Below are positions 1 to 8,855 of a DNA stretch of 15,966 nucleotides, one piece after another. Below the pieces are notes generated by a model. That model was not told the origin of the DNA, ran no database searches, and was given only the letters and a program-made list of their open reading frames with translations. The DNA comes from Myxococcota bacterium (GTDB taxonomy: Bacteria; Myxococcota_A; Polyangia; Polyangiales; Houyiibacteriaceae). The position numbers were made by a program, and so were the translations under genes. The stretch spans positions 1 to 15,966 of the forward strand of contig JBCCEA010000056.1 in NCBI GenBank assembly GCA_039030515.1. The letters run 5' to 3'. Every line of letters begins with the position of its first letter. Position 1 is the stretch's first letter.

Positions 1-130
1 ACGGTGACCTGACCGGGTACGGTGACCTGACCGGGTACGGTGACCTGACCGGGTACGGTGACCTGACCGGGTACGGTGACCTGACCGGGTACGGTGACCT
101 GACCGGGTACGGTGACCTGACCGGGTACGG
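1..130. repeat. Perfect tandem array of 18-bp unit ACGGTGACCTGACCGGGT (7 copies + ACGG); may extend left of the window
   Basis: Read directly: 7 identical units at 1-126, then ACGG. Confidence 0.97.
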
Positions 131-229
131 ATCCTTTGCATCGTCTCTTTGACGAGCGTCAGGGTCGACAGGTCCTCTTCCCTACTAAGGAAATGAGCAG
201 CAGCGATGGCTGCCCTCGCTTGGTCGAGC

Positions 230-370
230 ACGGTGACCTGACCGCGTACGGTGACCTGACCGGGTACGGTGACCTGACCGGGTACGGTGACCTGACCGGG
301 TACAGTGACCTGACCGGGTGCGGTGACCTGAGCCCTGGGCACCTGACCGGGTACGGCGACCTGACCTGGT
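230..370. repeat. Second, degenerate array of the same 18-bp unit (~8 units)
   Basis: Units start at 230, 248, 266, 284 and 302. A scrambled segment follows at 320-352, then a final variant at 353-370. Confidence 0.93.
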
Positions 371-391
371 TCTTACATGACACCTTTAGCT

Positions 392-1927
392 TTAGTGAGG
401 AAATGTGGAGTTGCGTTTGCGACGCATTGCATCTTGTAAGGCACGTCGTCTCGCGCATGAAAGCGTGAGGTGCGCAAAAATGGCGGTGAACGACACCATC
501 CAGGACAGCGCGAAGTTGTCGAAATGGCTCGAGCGAGTACGTGGCGAGACCTTCATCAGTGTGCAAAGAGCCGACAAACTGATGGCTGCCTGCATCCACG
601 CAACCAACTTGACGGTTGCTGGGAGGTCAGACATTGCCGTCTTCAAACCGGAGACTCCGGAGAGCGTCGCAAGCGGGGCCATTAAAAGTGGGGTATTGCC
701 TCGGAGCACTCTACCAAGCGGCCCGATCTTGTCTGCCATTATTGTGTCACCGAGCAGTGAAAGCATGGGTTGGAGAAACGCGATGCCTACGCCGTAGGCA
801 GCTCCAACTCGAAGTAGTCGCTCTAGTCTATTGGGCGAGGCTGCCTGATTCCAATCCTCAATCACTTGAGATTGGAGACTAGAGAGCTCGCCGTATGGTA
901 TTTGCCTTTCCACGTAATCCCAAAACAGCTGTATCTCATTTGCAGCTGTTTTGTTTTCTGGTTGTTCAAGCGCTTTTTTTAGTCTGTTAGTACGTGAATA
1001 TCGGGCCGCCAGTTTCGATAATTCTGGGCTCACGTTCTGCTTGTCGTCTCGGGTGTTCGTTACCCAGCGAAGCAGTACATCTCCCCTGGGCGCGCTGCGG
1101 TTCTCGTGTGCGAAAGAGAGCATCATGCCTACGATGGAAGTTCCTAGGGTCAAGCAAAAGATGATAGTGGTCATAAGCATGGATACCTGCAGAGGTGTTA
1201 ACGAATATCCGCGACCCTGGAGAATCTGATGCATGTTGGCCGTCAGGGTATAAAAGTCATGTCCAGATTCATCGCGCCCCACCGTCCCCGAACCGGGAAA
1301 CCCGTACCCTAAGCAGTCATCTTCCTGAATTCGAGCCATGATGTGTCGGCTCGGCCTCATCGCATCGGTAACCGTAGCGAGCTGAGCAAAGACGCTTGGA
1401 ACTGTGAACCAGGGTGACATCCAGAAGGACCTTCTAGGTCTTGTAAGCTGTGTCCTCAAAGCGAAGTTGGTCATCAGCGCACTCACCAATAGGGGTGGTA
1501 CTACTCCCGCAACGGACATCAATGCGGATTGCCCGACACAGCCTAATTCTCGCCCTAGGGAGTTGGCTCCAATGGTGTTTTCGAGGGGAAAGCTAACGCC
1601 AGAAAACCCGTAGTGATCGAGTTCAAAAGGAGAGAGACGTGAGCCGCTAACATCCATCCCCAGTCGTCCGAGCCCTAGGTGGCCAAACATCTCGTGAAGG
1701 ACTATCGTCACCGGTCCGCACCACAATATGGTCCCGAAAGCATTGCCAAGGGCGCAAGCCAATTCAATCCCATCCTGGGTTGCACTGGGAGGTTCAGTCA
1801 GCCACGGATGACTCGGAGAATCGGTCAACCGGTCTCCGCGAAGAAACTCAATCGCAAAGTGTATCTGTTGTTGAGTCAACTCGGGACTTTGCGAAGCGTG
1901 ATTAGGCAAGTTCGGTGTTCCTTTCAA
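392..1927 (-). CDS. Hypothetical multi-pass membrane protein (orphan, ~511 aa; start uncertain)
   Basis: 1.5-kb ORF with several hydrophobic stretches (e.g. VSMLMTTIIFCLTLGTSIVGMMLSF, FALSWMVSFTAIFAHLTL). No recognised family motif. TTG start with no clear SD. Confidence 0.65.
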   Translation of the reverse strand: MKGTPNLPNHASQSPELTQQQIHFAIEFLRGDRLTDSPSHPWLTEPPSATQDGIELACALGNAFGTILWCGPVTIVLHEMFGHLGLGRLGMDVSGSRLSPFELDHYGFSGVSFPLENTIGANSLGRELGCVGQSALMSVAGVVPPLLVSALMTNFALRTQLTRPRRSFWMSPWFTVPSVFAQLATVTDAMRPSRHIMARIQEDDCLGYGFPGSGTVGRDESGHDFYTLTANMHQILQGRGYSLTPLQVSMLMTTIIFCLTLGTSIVGMMLSFAHENRSAPRGDVLLRWVTNTRDDKQNVSPELSKLAARYSRTNRLKKALEQPENKTAANEIQLFWDYVERQIPYGELSSLQSQVIEDWNQAASPNRLERLLRVGAAYGVGIAFLQPMLSLLGDTIMADKIGPLGRVLRGNTPLLMAPLATLSGVSGLKTAMSDLPATVKLVAWMQAAISLSALCTLMKVSPRTRSSHFDNFALSWMVSFTAIFAHLTLSCARRRALQDAMRRKRNSTFPH

Positions 1928-2180
1928 GTCTTCGAGAGGCTCGCAGGATCATCTTGATTCACCCATGGTTAGGGTCGATGATCTGGTTGTATGATTGCGA
2001 ACTTTTTTGCGCCGACATCCGACTTAAGTCGGCTTCTGAGAACGCTTTATTGATATGTCCCTTGGAGCGCAAACGTACATTCGTTGACGGGTACTTTTAC
2101 CGGCTGCGACCCGAAGTCAATCTCTCGTAATATCAGGGAACTACTACCATCCTGAGAAACCCCCTCATTGTTTCAGGCGT

Positions 2181-2220
2181 ACGGCATCCTGACCGGGTAC
2201 GGTGACCTGACCGGGTACGG
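2181..2220. repeat. Third, short array of the 18-bp unit (one variant + one perfect copy + ACGG)
   Basis: ACGGCATCCTGACCGGGT ACGGTGACCTGACCGGGT ACGG, in the same orientation as the other two arrays. Confidence 0.9.
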
Positions 2221-2295
2221 TTGCTGCGCTGCGATCACGGTACGTTCTATGAGGGGTCGGGCTGCTCATGATAGCCTGCGGACCCTAAAGGCGTA

Positions 2296-4968
2296 GTGAG
2301 TCTGAAGCACAAGCTTGACCATCCCTCTCTGTTGCTCGGAGCCTTCTTTCTCTCCGGGTTTGCCGCTTTGGTCTACCAGGTGGTTTGGGTGCGGCAGCTC
2401 AGAAGCGTCCTCGGCGCCACCGACTTCGCCCTAGCGGTGGTGGTAGGCACATTCATGGCGGGCTTGGCGCTTGGCAGCGCCATTTCCGGCCGGCGATCGG
2501 ATCGACTTAGGCATCCAGTTCGGGTCTATGCCGTGTTGGAGGTTCTTATCCTGACCTCCGCACTTTTCCTTATCGATCCGTGGATCCGCATCGGCGCAAG
2601 GGTCCACGAGATCTTGGGCAGTGACGCTGGCCCTGAGTTGCGTCTCGGAGCCTCGGCGCTGATCTCTGCGCTTGCCCTCTTGCCTACCACCACCTTGATG
2701 GGTGCAACGCTCCCCGTTCTGTCGCGCCATGTAGCCCGCACCCCCGCACGACTGGGCCGCGACCTGGGCGGTCTCTATGCCTGGAACACGCTCGGCGCGT
2801 TTTGCGGCGTCACCTTCACCGGATTCTGGGCTCTGGAAACCCTTGGACTCAAGCAGTCTACGTTCATCGCTGCCGGAGCCAACCTCATCGCCGCGCTTCT
2901 GGCACTCCTGGCTGGCGACAAAGCAGAAACGCAGGGTGTTAAGCAGACAAAAGCCTTTCAGGCTCAAGCCTCCCAAAAGATGCTGCTCCTCTGGAGCTTT
3001 GCCGCCGGGACACTGGGAATCGCCCATGAAGTCGTGTGGAATCGCCTGCTTGGCATTGTGGTGATCGGCACCGTCTATGCTTATAGCACCCTGCTTGCAA
3101 CGATCATTGCCGGCATCGGCATCGGCAGCTTGCTGGGTGCGCATCTCGTCGATCGGTACAAAGAACCGGAACAGATCTTTGGCCTAATTCAACTAGGCAT
3201 CGGCATATCCGCCTTAATGGTCGTGCCGATCCTATCGTTCGGCGTCGGCCAAACCGATTTGCTCAGCGCCCACACGCATTCGTTCGAGTCTGGGCAGAGT
3301 ATGCTTATCCTGGGCTGCGTGAGCGCCATCGCACTGCCGTCTATATTGATGGGTGCGACCTATCCGGCTTTGGCGCGAGCAACGGTGCAGAGGTCGTCCG
3401 GTCAGTCGGTGGGCGCGTCGGTCGGTCAACTATACGCCTACAACACGACCGGCGCGGTGGTCGGCTCGCTCCTCGCAGGGTTCATCCTGATTCCGATTCT
3501 CGGGGCGATGTGGAGTCTTGAGCTTCTCGCGACCGCAAATCTCGTTCTTGGTCTCACCGCACTCTGGCAACGGACTGCAAAAAGACTCCTCGTGCTCATC
3601 AGTGCGCTGGGAGCAGCTTTGTTGTTCACGTCTAAAGCGGGGGTTTCCGTACGAGACATCTACCAGGCCCGCCTGCCGGAAGGCAGCACCATCGTTCATC
3701 TAGAGGAGGGCAGAACTGCAACGGTGATGGTGGCAGACCATTCCTTGCCGAAGGTTCGACGCCTATGGGTGCAAAGCGTTTGGGTGGCGGGCACCGGCGG
3801 CTCGCACCGGATGCTCGGCCATCTGCCCTTACTCCACGTGGAGAAGCCCCGCGCCGCAGTTGGCATTGGCTTTGGAACGGGACAGTCATTTGCGACGGCT
3901 CTGATGCACGGCCTCCGGCAGCTCGACAGCGTAGACCTGAATCCGAGCGTCTTGGCGGCAGGCACTCGCTTTTTTGGTGCATTCAACGGCGGAATTCTCG
4001 AAAAACCCGAGACCCAGATTCATATCGACGACGGACGCTCGTTTTTGGCGCGAAGCCGGGACGCATACGATGCCGTTGTGATGGAGCCGCTTCAACCGTG
4101 GACGGTCGGCACCACCAGTCTGTACACGAGAGAATTCTATGATCTTGCACGAAAAGCGCTAAAAGACAGAGGCGCCATCGCCCAATGGCTTCCGGTGAGC
4201 GACATCCCGACTTGGGTCACGCGCTCGGTGCTAGCTACCTTTGCTGAGGTTTTTCCACGCACTCATGTCTACCTCGACGGTTTTGACTTGGTGTTCGTCG
4301 GAACCAGCGACGAAGCACCTCTCTCGCTAGGGCGACTGGAGGCAGGACTTGATCGACCGGGAATCAGAGGCGACCTCGAAGCGCTTCGATTCGGTGATGC
4401 GCTCAGCATCGCTTCCGCGATCGTGCTCGGTCCGAGTGACGTCCAACGATTTACAGGCAACGCATCACTTTTGACCGACGATCGGCCTTTTTTAGAGTTT
4501 GTTGCCCCGCGCACCATGCATCAGGACTATTTCGCACAAACGCTCTCGGCAATCCGAACTGCCTGCCGGCAGCCGATGTCTGCCTTTGAACGGCCGGTTC
4601 CAGATTCGATCTCAAACTGTGCAGTATCTTCCCTGCTTGTCGCTGGAATCATCGCCCTACACGAGGCAGATCTAAGCGCCTCCTATGCCGCGTATAGAAA
4701 AGCCCATCTTCTATTGCCCCACGCTCAGCGACCCAAAGCTCTTTGGCGGGACTCTTTGATCCGGATGGCTCGTCATGACCCCGCCGCAGAAACACGCTAC
4801 CGCGAGCATCTTCGTGCAGACCCAGACTTTGGCCCTGCCTGGCTCAATCTCGGTGTGGTTCTTGCGCAGCAGGGAAACCTCGAATCCGCAAAACAAGCAT
4901 TCCAACGCGCAGCCGAGGATCCAATCGTTTCTGAGCGGGCAAGAGCCGCCCTCGCTCGGTTCCCATAA
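2296..4968 (+). CDS. Fused MFS-like membrane domain / spermidine synthase-like SAM-dependent transferase with C-terminal TPR
   Basis: Duplicated membrane module (FLSGFAALVYQVVWVRQL...LYAWNTLGA and AGTLGIAHEVVWNRLL...LYAYNTTGA). Gly-rich GIGFGTG, DDGRSFL, YDAVVMEP, SLYTREFY and TDDRPFLEF motifs. TPR-like DPDFGPAWLNLGVVLAQQGNLESAKQAFQRA. Confidence 0.9.
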   Translation: MSLKHKLDHPSLLLGAFFLSGFAALVYQVVWVRQLRSVLGATDFALAVVVGTFMAGLALGSAISGRRSDRLRHPVRVYAVLEVLILTSALFLIDPWIRIGARVHEILGSDAGPELRLGASALISALALLPTTTLMGATLPVLSRHVARTPARLGRDLGGLYAWNTLGAFCGVTFTGFWALETLGLKQSTFIAAGANLIAALLALLAGDKAETQGVKQTKAFQAQASQKMLLLWSFAAGTLGIAHEVVWNRLLGIVVIGTVYAYSTLLATIIAGIGIGSLLGAHLVDRYKEPEQIFGLIQLGIGISALMVVPILSFGVGQTDLLSAHTHSFESGQSMLILGCVSAIALPSILMGATYPALARATVQRSSGQSVGASVGQLYAYNTTGAVVGSLLAGFILIPILGAMWSLELLATANLVLGLTALWQRTAKRLLVLISALGAALLFTSKAGVSVRDIYQARLPEGSTIVHLEEGRTATVMVADHSLPKVRRLWVQSVWVAGTGGSHRMLGHLPLLHVEKPRAAVGIGFGTGQSFATALMHGLRQLDSVDLNPSVLAAGTRFFGAFNGGILEKPETQIHIDDGRSFLARSRDAYDAVVMEPLQPWTVGTTSLYTREFYDLARKALKDRGAIAQWLPVSDIPTWVTRSVLATFAEVFPRTHVYLDGFDLVFVGTSDEAPLSLGRLEAGLDRPGIRGDLEALRFGDALSIASAIVLGPSDVQRFTGNASLLTDDRPFLEFVAPRTMHQDYFAQTLSAIRTACRQPMSAFERPVPDSISNCAVSSLLVAGIIALHEADLSASYAAYRKAHLLLPHAQRPKALWRDSLIRMARHDPAAETRYREHLRADPDFGPAWLNLGVVLAQQGNLESAKQAFQRAAEDPIVSERARAALARFP

Positions 4969-5143
4969 GTGCGTGAGAAAACAACGGTCAAAATCGCACT
5001 CAGATGAAACATGAAACTCAGTCTACAGCCGCTTCCGGCACTCGTAATTCGCAGTTAAAAACGATATCGACGCGTAGCCGCAAGGCACAAGAAGACAACC
5101 AACCGGCACCTAGACAAATCCGTTCTATCCTTTATTCTTTAAC

Positions 5144-5968
5144 GTGCCGTTCCAACCGCCCTACCGTGAATTTCAACCAGGGGATTTAGTGTACGGGTTA
5201 GATAAGGCTTTTGTACTTACTGGAATTTTTCGATCCGGAAAACCGTTGGAACTTTTTCGAGAAACATTCCTAGATCAAGTATCCCCGGGGTGGACGTTCG
5301 AAAGCGCACCCTACGTTGATATCGATTTCTACTGCAATCATTTTCTCGTAGAAGAAGTCGTCGAGAATAAAACCATAAATGGAGTAGACCGTGAGCAGAT
5401 CTGGGATAACATATTCTTCGACTACTCCAAGAGAGAAACGCCGGACAGTCTTCCTAAGCATGTGCGTGATTTTCGCGACTACCTCGAATCGAACCCGAAG
5501 AGAGATCCGCGTAGGTTCTCGCAGCCAGGGTATGGAGACTGGCGCATACGTAAAGCCTGCAAGGGCGGAATCGAGTGGGCACTACAGGATGGCAATAGAT
5601 GCCACATACACTTTCTTTTGCAGGGCATAGACCAAGAACGTGTTGTTAGGAAGAACGGAATGAAAGACACTGGTCCCGGAACGTTTTTCTTAAACGTTGA
5701 CAAACACGACAAGCTTGCCGAGCCTTATGAGATAAAGTCTCGAAACTATACCGGCAGCGAACTGCGGTGGATCTTTCCTCACCGACGCGATCCTAGAGTG
5801 CAGGCCAAGGTTCAATTTTGGAAACGCACCGGCTTTCGATTTCAAAGAGACCAGCGGTACCGGTACGTGCCGTGCCCGCCGCCATGGGAGAAGGGTCCAA
5901 ACGTAAAGTACTGGCGGTGGTATGCGCAGAAGCGCCGTGACGATGGGAAGCCTGACGTATACGTATGA
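5144..5968 (+). CDS. Hypothetical protein, putative GogB/EspK C-terminal-like effector/toxin domain (paralog 1)
   Basis: Clear paralog of 8856-9698. Motifs FQPGDLVYGL, KACKGGIEW, HIHFLLQGID, YTGSELRWIF, PCPPPWE. The family resemblance is from recalled motifs and is unverified. Confidence 0.8.
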   Translation: MPFQPPYREFQPGDLVYGLDKAFVLTGIFRSGKPLELFRETFLDQVSPGWTFESAPYVDIDFYCNHFLVEEVVENKTINGVDREQIWDNIFFDYSKRETPDSLPKHVRDFRDYLESNPKRDPRRFSQPGYGDWRIRKACKGGIEWALQDGNRCHIHFLLQGIDQERVVRKNGMKDTGPGTFFLNVDKHDKLAEPYEIKSRNYTGSELRWIFPHRRDPRVQAKVQFWKRTGFRFQRDQRYRYVPCPPPWEKGPNVKYWRWYAQKRRDDGKPDVYV

Positions 5969-6072
5969 ATCGAAAGAGCGCTGAGATAAGTCAACTCAGC
6001 GCTACACCGCCCATGTTTTAGACCGATCTGATTTGGGTGTAGCGATTGGAATCGGAAGAGGAATTAATTAAA

Positions 6073-6967
6073 TCAGCATGCCAATATAGAGCGTATGTCT
6101 CTGGCCCAACTTGAGTAGTGTGCTCGCCAGGAGCTACAGCAACTTTCCCAAGTACGTTCTTTAAGCAGCTGTTCCCACTTTTTGATATCACTTTCAGGGT
6201 AGAAGCCGTCCGCCACCAGCAGGAAGAATAAGCTAGCGTCTGTTATCCTATAGGTTTCTCGTGAAAATCCGTTTGTATATGCATCGCTAGAATTCAGAAA
6301 CGACGCAACGGCAAACCAGGTCAGGGCTCTCAGGCGCAAACTAAGTTGCCATAGCTCTTGCTGTTTAGCGAGTGCCGTTTCTGGAGTTGGCTGAATAAAC
6401 AGAAGAGTGTTTCTATGCTGAGCATGGGCGCTAAACAGGGGAAAGAAAAGCCTATATACGCTAAAATTGAAACCAATTCTTTCAAACGGTGGTTTCGGCT
6501 GCAATGCCAAAAGTGCGATGTAGATTTGACCGAGGGTATGTGGCTCCTTGGTGCTGTTGCGCGCTGCCTCAATATAGCCTGCTTGTTTGCCGTCAAGCCA
6601 TTGGCCTCGGCTGCGGGCATCGAAACATCTGCCAATAAAGTCGAGGCGACCTTTTCGTGAAAAGCAGTGGTTCATTAGCGCGATGAGGTGATCGGTGAAC
6701 AGCGGCGGGTAAAGGTATGCGGTGAGAAACGGTGTGATCCGTCTTATTAGTTCAAACTCACGGTTGAGGAGATCTTTTGGTAGTTGGTTATTGGGATATT
6801 GTCGAAGCACTGCCAGTCTGCTTGGGACTATTTTTCTAAGAAAACTTTCTCTTATGCTCTTGCTATCTTCCTCTTATGCTCTCGCTATCTTCTTGTGCCT
6901 GGTTCGCGAAATGCAATAGGTGTTTAGCAGCATCACCATGTGGATTTTGCTCACCGTAATTTGTCAT
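6073..6967 (-). pseudogene. Frameshifted hypothetical protein (290 aa if one 22-bp copy is removed; 245-aa downstream ORF 6073-6810 intact)
   Basis: The frame of the 6073-6810 ORF stays open upstream until a TAA inside a 22-bp duplication. Deleting one copy joins it to an ATG at 6967 (MTNYGEQNPHGDAAKHLLHFANQAQED...). Confidence 0.7.
6849..6892. repeat. 22-bp tandem duplication (1 mismatch)
   Basis: CTCTTATGCTCTTGCTATCTTC (6849-6870) and CTCTTATGCTCTCGCTATCTTC (6871-6892). Confidence 0.95.
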
Positions 6968-7002
6968 CTAAGGACCCCATGTGATCGAATGCGAAACACC
7001 TG

Positions 7003-7303
7003 TGAGGTGGACCCTGAAGTTCAGACCAGGGTCTGAGTTGGAAAACAGAATTGGTTCCCAATGCGGCGTAGCAGGGGCTGGCGAAGAGAAAACGACGAAA
7101 TTTGACGACGGCGTTCAAAGCAAAGGTTTCGCTGGCCGCAGCGATGGAGCGCGTTTTTTATCGAACGGGCTTCGTCGCTTTCGGTGGGGATACGTCGCGA
7201 GCGGGTAGATCGGGAGGCTACCCTCTCGGTTCTCTGGCAGTGTGACTCTCTGCACGTGAATCGTTCGAGCCAAAACCACGAGCCGGCGAGTCCAGAGGAG
7301 GAG
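7003..7303 (+). mobile_element. Degraded IS3-family insertion sequence remnant (left end, internally deleted orfA, start of orfB)
   Basis: TG-initial end TGAGGTGGACCCTGAAGTTCAGAC. From 7081: AKRKRRNLTTAFKAKVSLAA (OrfA HTH N-terminus). Then MER/FLSNGLRR (OrfA C-terminus, 1-nt frameshift). From 7193: RRERVDREATLSVLWQCDSLHVNRSSQNHEPASPEEE (OrfB N-terminus, LSxxxQCxLLxVxRSS pattern). Confidence 0.8.
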
Positions 7304-7475
7304 GGCCAAGGGCGGCAAATGACTCTAGGTATTCGCAAGTGAGCGCGCGGGAGAACGCTCAGAGTTCACGAAACGAGGAAGCCGTCGTAGAAATTTAGGT
7401 GCAGCTGAGGGACCATCTCCTGATGCTCGCGCATACTCGGACTTTGGTTGTCGAGATTTGAATTGACCTCAGAAC

Positions 7476-8696
7476 ATGCATGCTAACTCTTTGAAATCAA
7501 TGCCTCAGCTGCGGCCGATATGGGCGTGCCTCTACGTACTCTTCCTCACCTCTGCCTGTGGGGACGATACGTCTACCTCCGTTGGAGGAGACGGCGGAGT
7601 AAGTTCTGAGCTCTGCGTACCAGATGAAGCCTCCTTCGATACGGTGGCACTACCGGTGATCACGAGCCGCTGCAGCCAGTGCCACGGGGATCCACCTCAG
7701 TTTGGGGCGCCGTTTTCGCTACTGGAATACGACCCGCTCGTAGTGGGAAGCGCCGATGCGCGCATCGTCGATCGTATCGCGCTGCGGGTCTCTGAAGGTA
7801 CAATGCCTCCGGTCGGAGCTGCGCAACCGACGGTTGAGGAGCGAAATACCCTCGTGCAGTGGGCCTCTTGCGGTGACGAGACGGTGGGCAAAAAGACCGG
7901 CACCATCGTGAATCGAGAGCCCTTTGTCAGCCCGGGCACGGCGCCCAGCGACGCCCTGGAGGTGGATCTCACCGCTGGGGAATTTGAGGTTGGGGCAAAT
8001 CTTATCGACGACTATCAAGAGTTCTTCTTCGATGGCATCGTCGATCGCGAGCTCTTCGTCCAGCGCCTTGAGGCGATCGTCGACGAGAGCCAGGTCATCC
8101 ACCACCTCACTTTGGAGCGGGCGCGGCAAGACGGGGCGATGCGCTACCTCTACACCTGGGCGCCCGGAACCGGCGCCTTCCAGTTTCCCGATGGAGGCGT
8201 GCGGATCAGGCCGACAGATCAGCTTCGGCTCGAGATTCACTACAACAACGGCACGGGTGAACGGGGCGTGCGCGATTCTTCAGGCGTGCGACTTTTTCTC
8301 GGGGAGCCGGGCGGCACCGAATACCTGATGGCCGACCCGGGTCCGGGGACGTCCGGGTGGACAGTGGCCCCGCGAAGCGAGGGCTCAGCGGAATCCACCT
8401 GCGAGGTCAGCCAGTCTGTGCAGGTGCTGGCTACGATGCCCCACATGCACGAAATCGGGGACTACTTTGAAATCTTGGTCGATGGGCAAACCGAGCTCCG
8501 GCTCGATGGCTGGTCCTTTGAAAACCAGCTGTTCTACCAGTTTCCACTCGAGCTCAATGCAGGGCAAGAACTCACGGTTCGCTGTGGATTCTTCAATCCT
8601 GGCTCAACCACCGTCACCGCAGGCCTTCGCACCGAAGACGAAATGTGCTTTGCCTTTACCTACATTACCCCTGCGCTTGAGGACTTTTGTCTCTGA
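7476..8696 (+). CDS. Lipoprotein: heme c (CxxCH) domain fused to copper type II (PHM/DBH-like) monooxygenase; start may be 7500
   Basis: Lipobox LTSA-C, CSQCHG and a distal GTMPP Met. Copper-site motifs VIHHL, LEIHYNN, MPHMH and EDEMC. Confidence 0.85.
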   Translation: MHANSLKSMPQLRPIWACLYVLFLTSACGDDTSTSVGGDGGVSSELCVPDEASFDTVALPVITSRCSQCHGDPPQFGAPFSLLEYDPLVVGSADARIVDRIALRVSEGTMPPVGAAQPTVEERNTLVQWASCGDETVGKKTGTIVNREPFVSPGTAPSDALEVDLTAGEFEVGANLIDDYQEFFFDGIVDRELFVQRLEAIVDESQVIHHLTLERARQDGAMRYLYTWAPGTGAFQFPDGGVRIRPTDQLRLEIHYNNGTGERGVRDSSGVRLFLGEPGGTEYLMADPGPGTSGWTVAPRSEGSAESTCEVSQSVQVLATMPHMHEIGDYFEILVDGQTELRLDGWSFENQLFYQFPLELNAGQELTVRCGFFNPGSTTVTAGLRTEDEMCFAFTYITPALEDFCL

Positions 8697-8855
8697 ACTC
8701 GACCCGTTCAGAGCGACCGACTGCGACATAAGGCTCCCGCGCTGACTGCGCCCATCGCGCTCATGCTGCGGATGCAAAGTGTATTCACTGCATGGATAAG
8801 ACGTATATCCACCCAGTACATGTGCATCAAAGCCATTCATCAGCTAAGTTGTTTT

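Noticed and set aside
1..370. CRISPR array
   Set aside because: The units are contiguous 18-mers without unique spacers between repeats, and no cas genes are in the window.
136..599. ORFs 136-468 (+, YGDLTG repeats) and 159-599 (-, PVRSPY repeats) as genes
   Set aside because: They are open because of the repeat. Repeat variants are non-synonymous, and both overlap the 392-1927 gene. A coding role for array 1 in an ORF entering from the left (stop 150-152) cannot be excluded.
6000..6044. CGCTACACC...GGTGTAGCG inverted repeat as a terminator
   Set aside because: Large loop and no adjacent T-tract; support is too weak despite its position between convergent genes.
6981..7338. Short ORFs 6981-7208, 7021-7338 and 7115-7318 as genes
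   Set aside because: They are explained as off-frame or antisense readings of the IS3 remnant.
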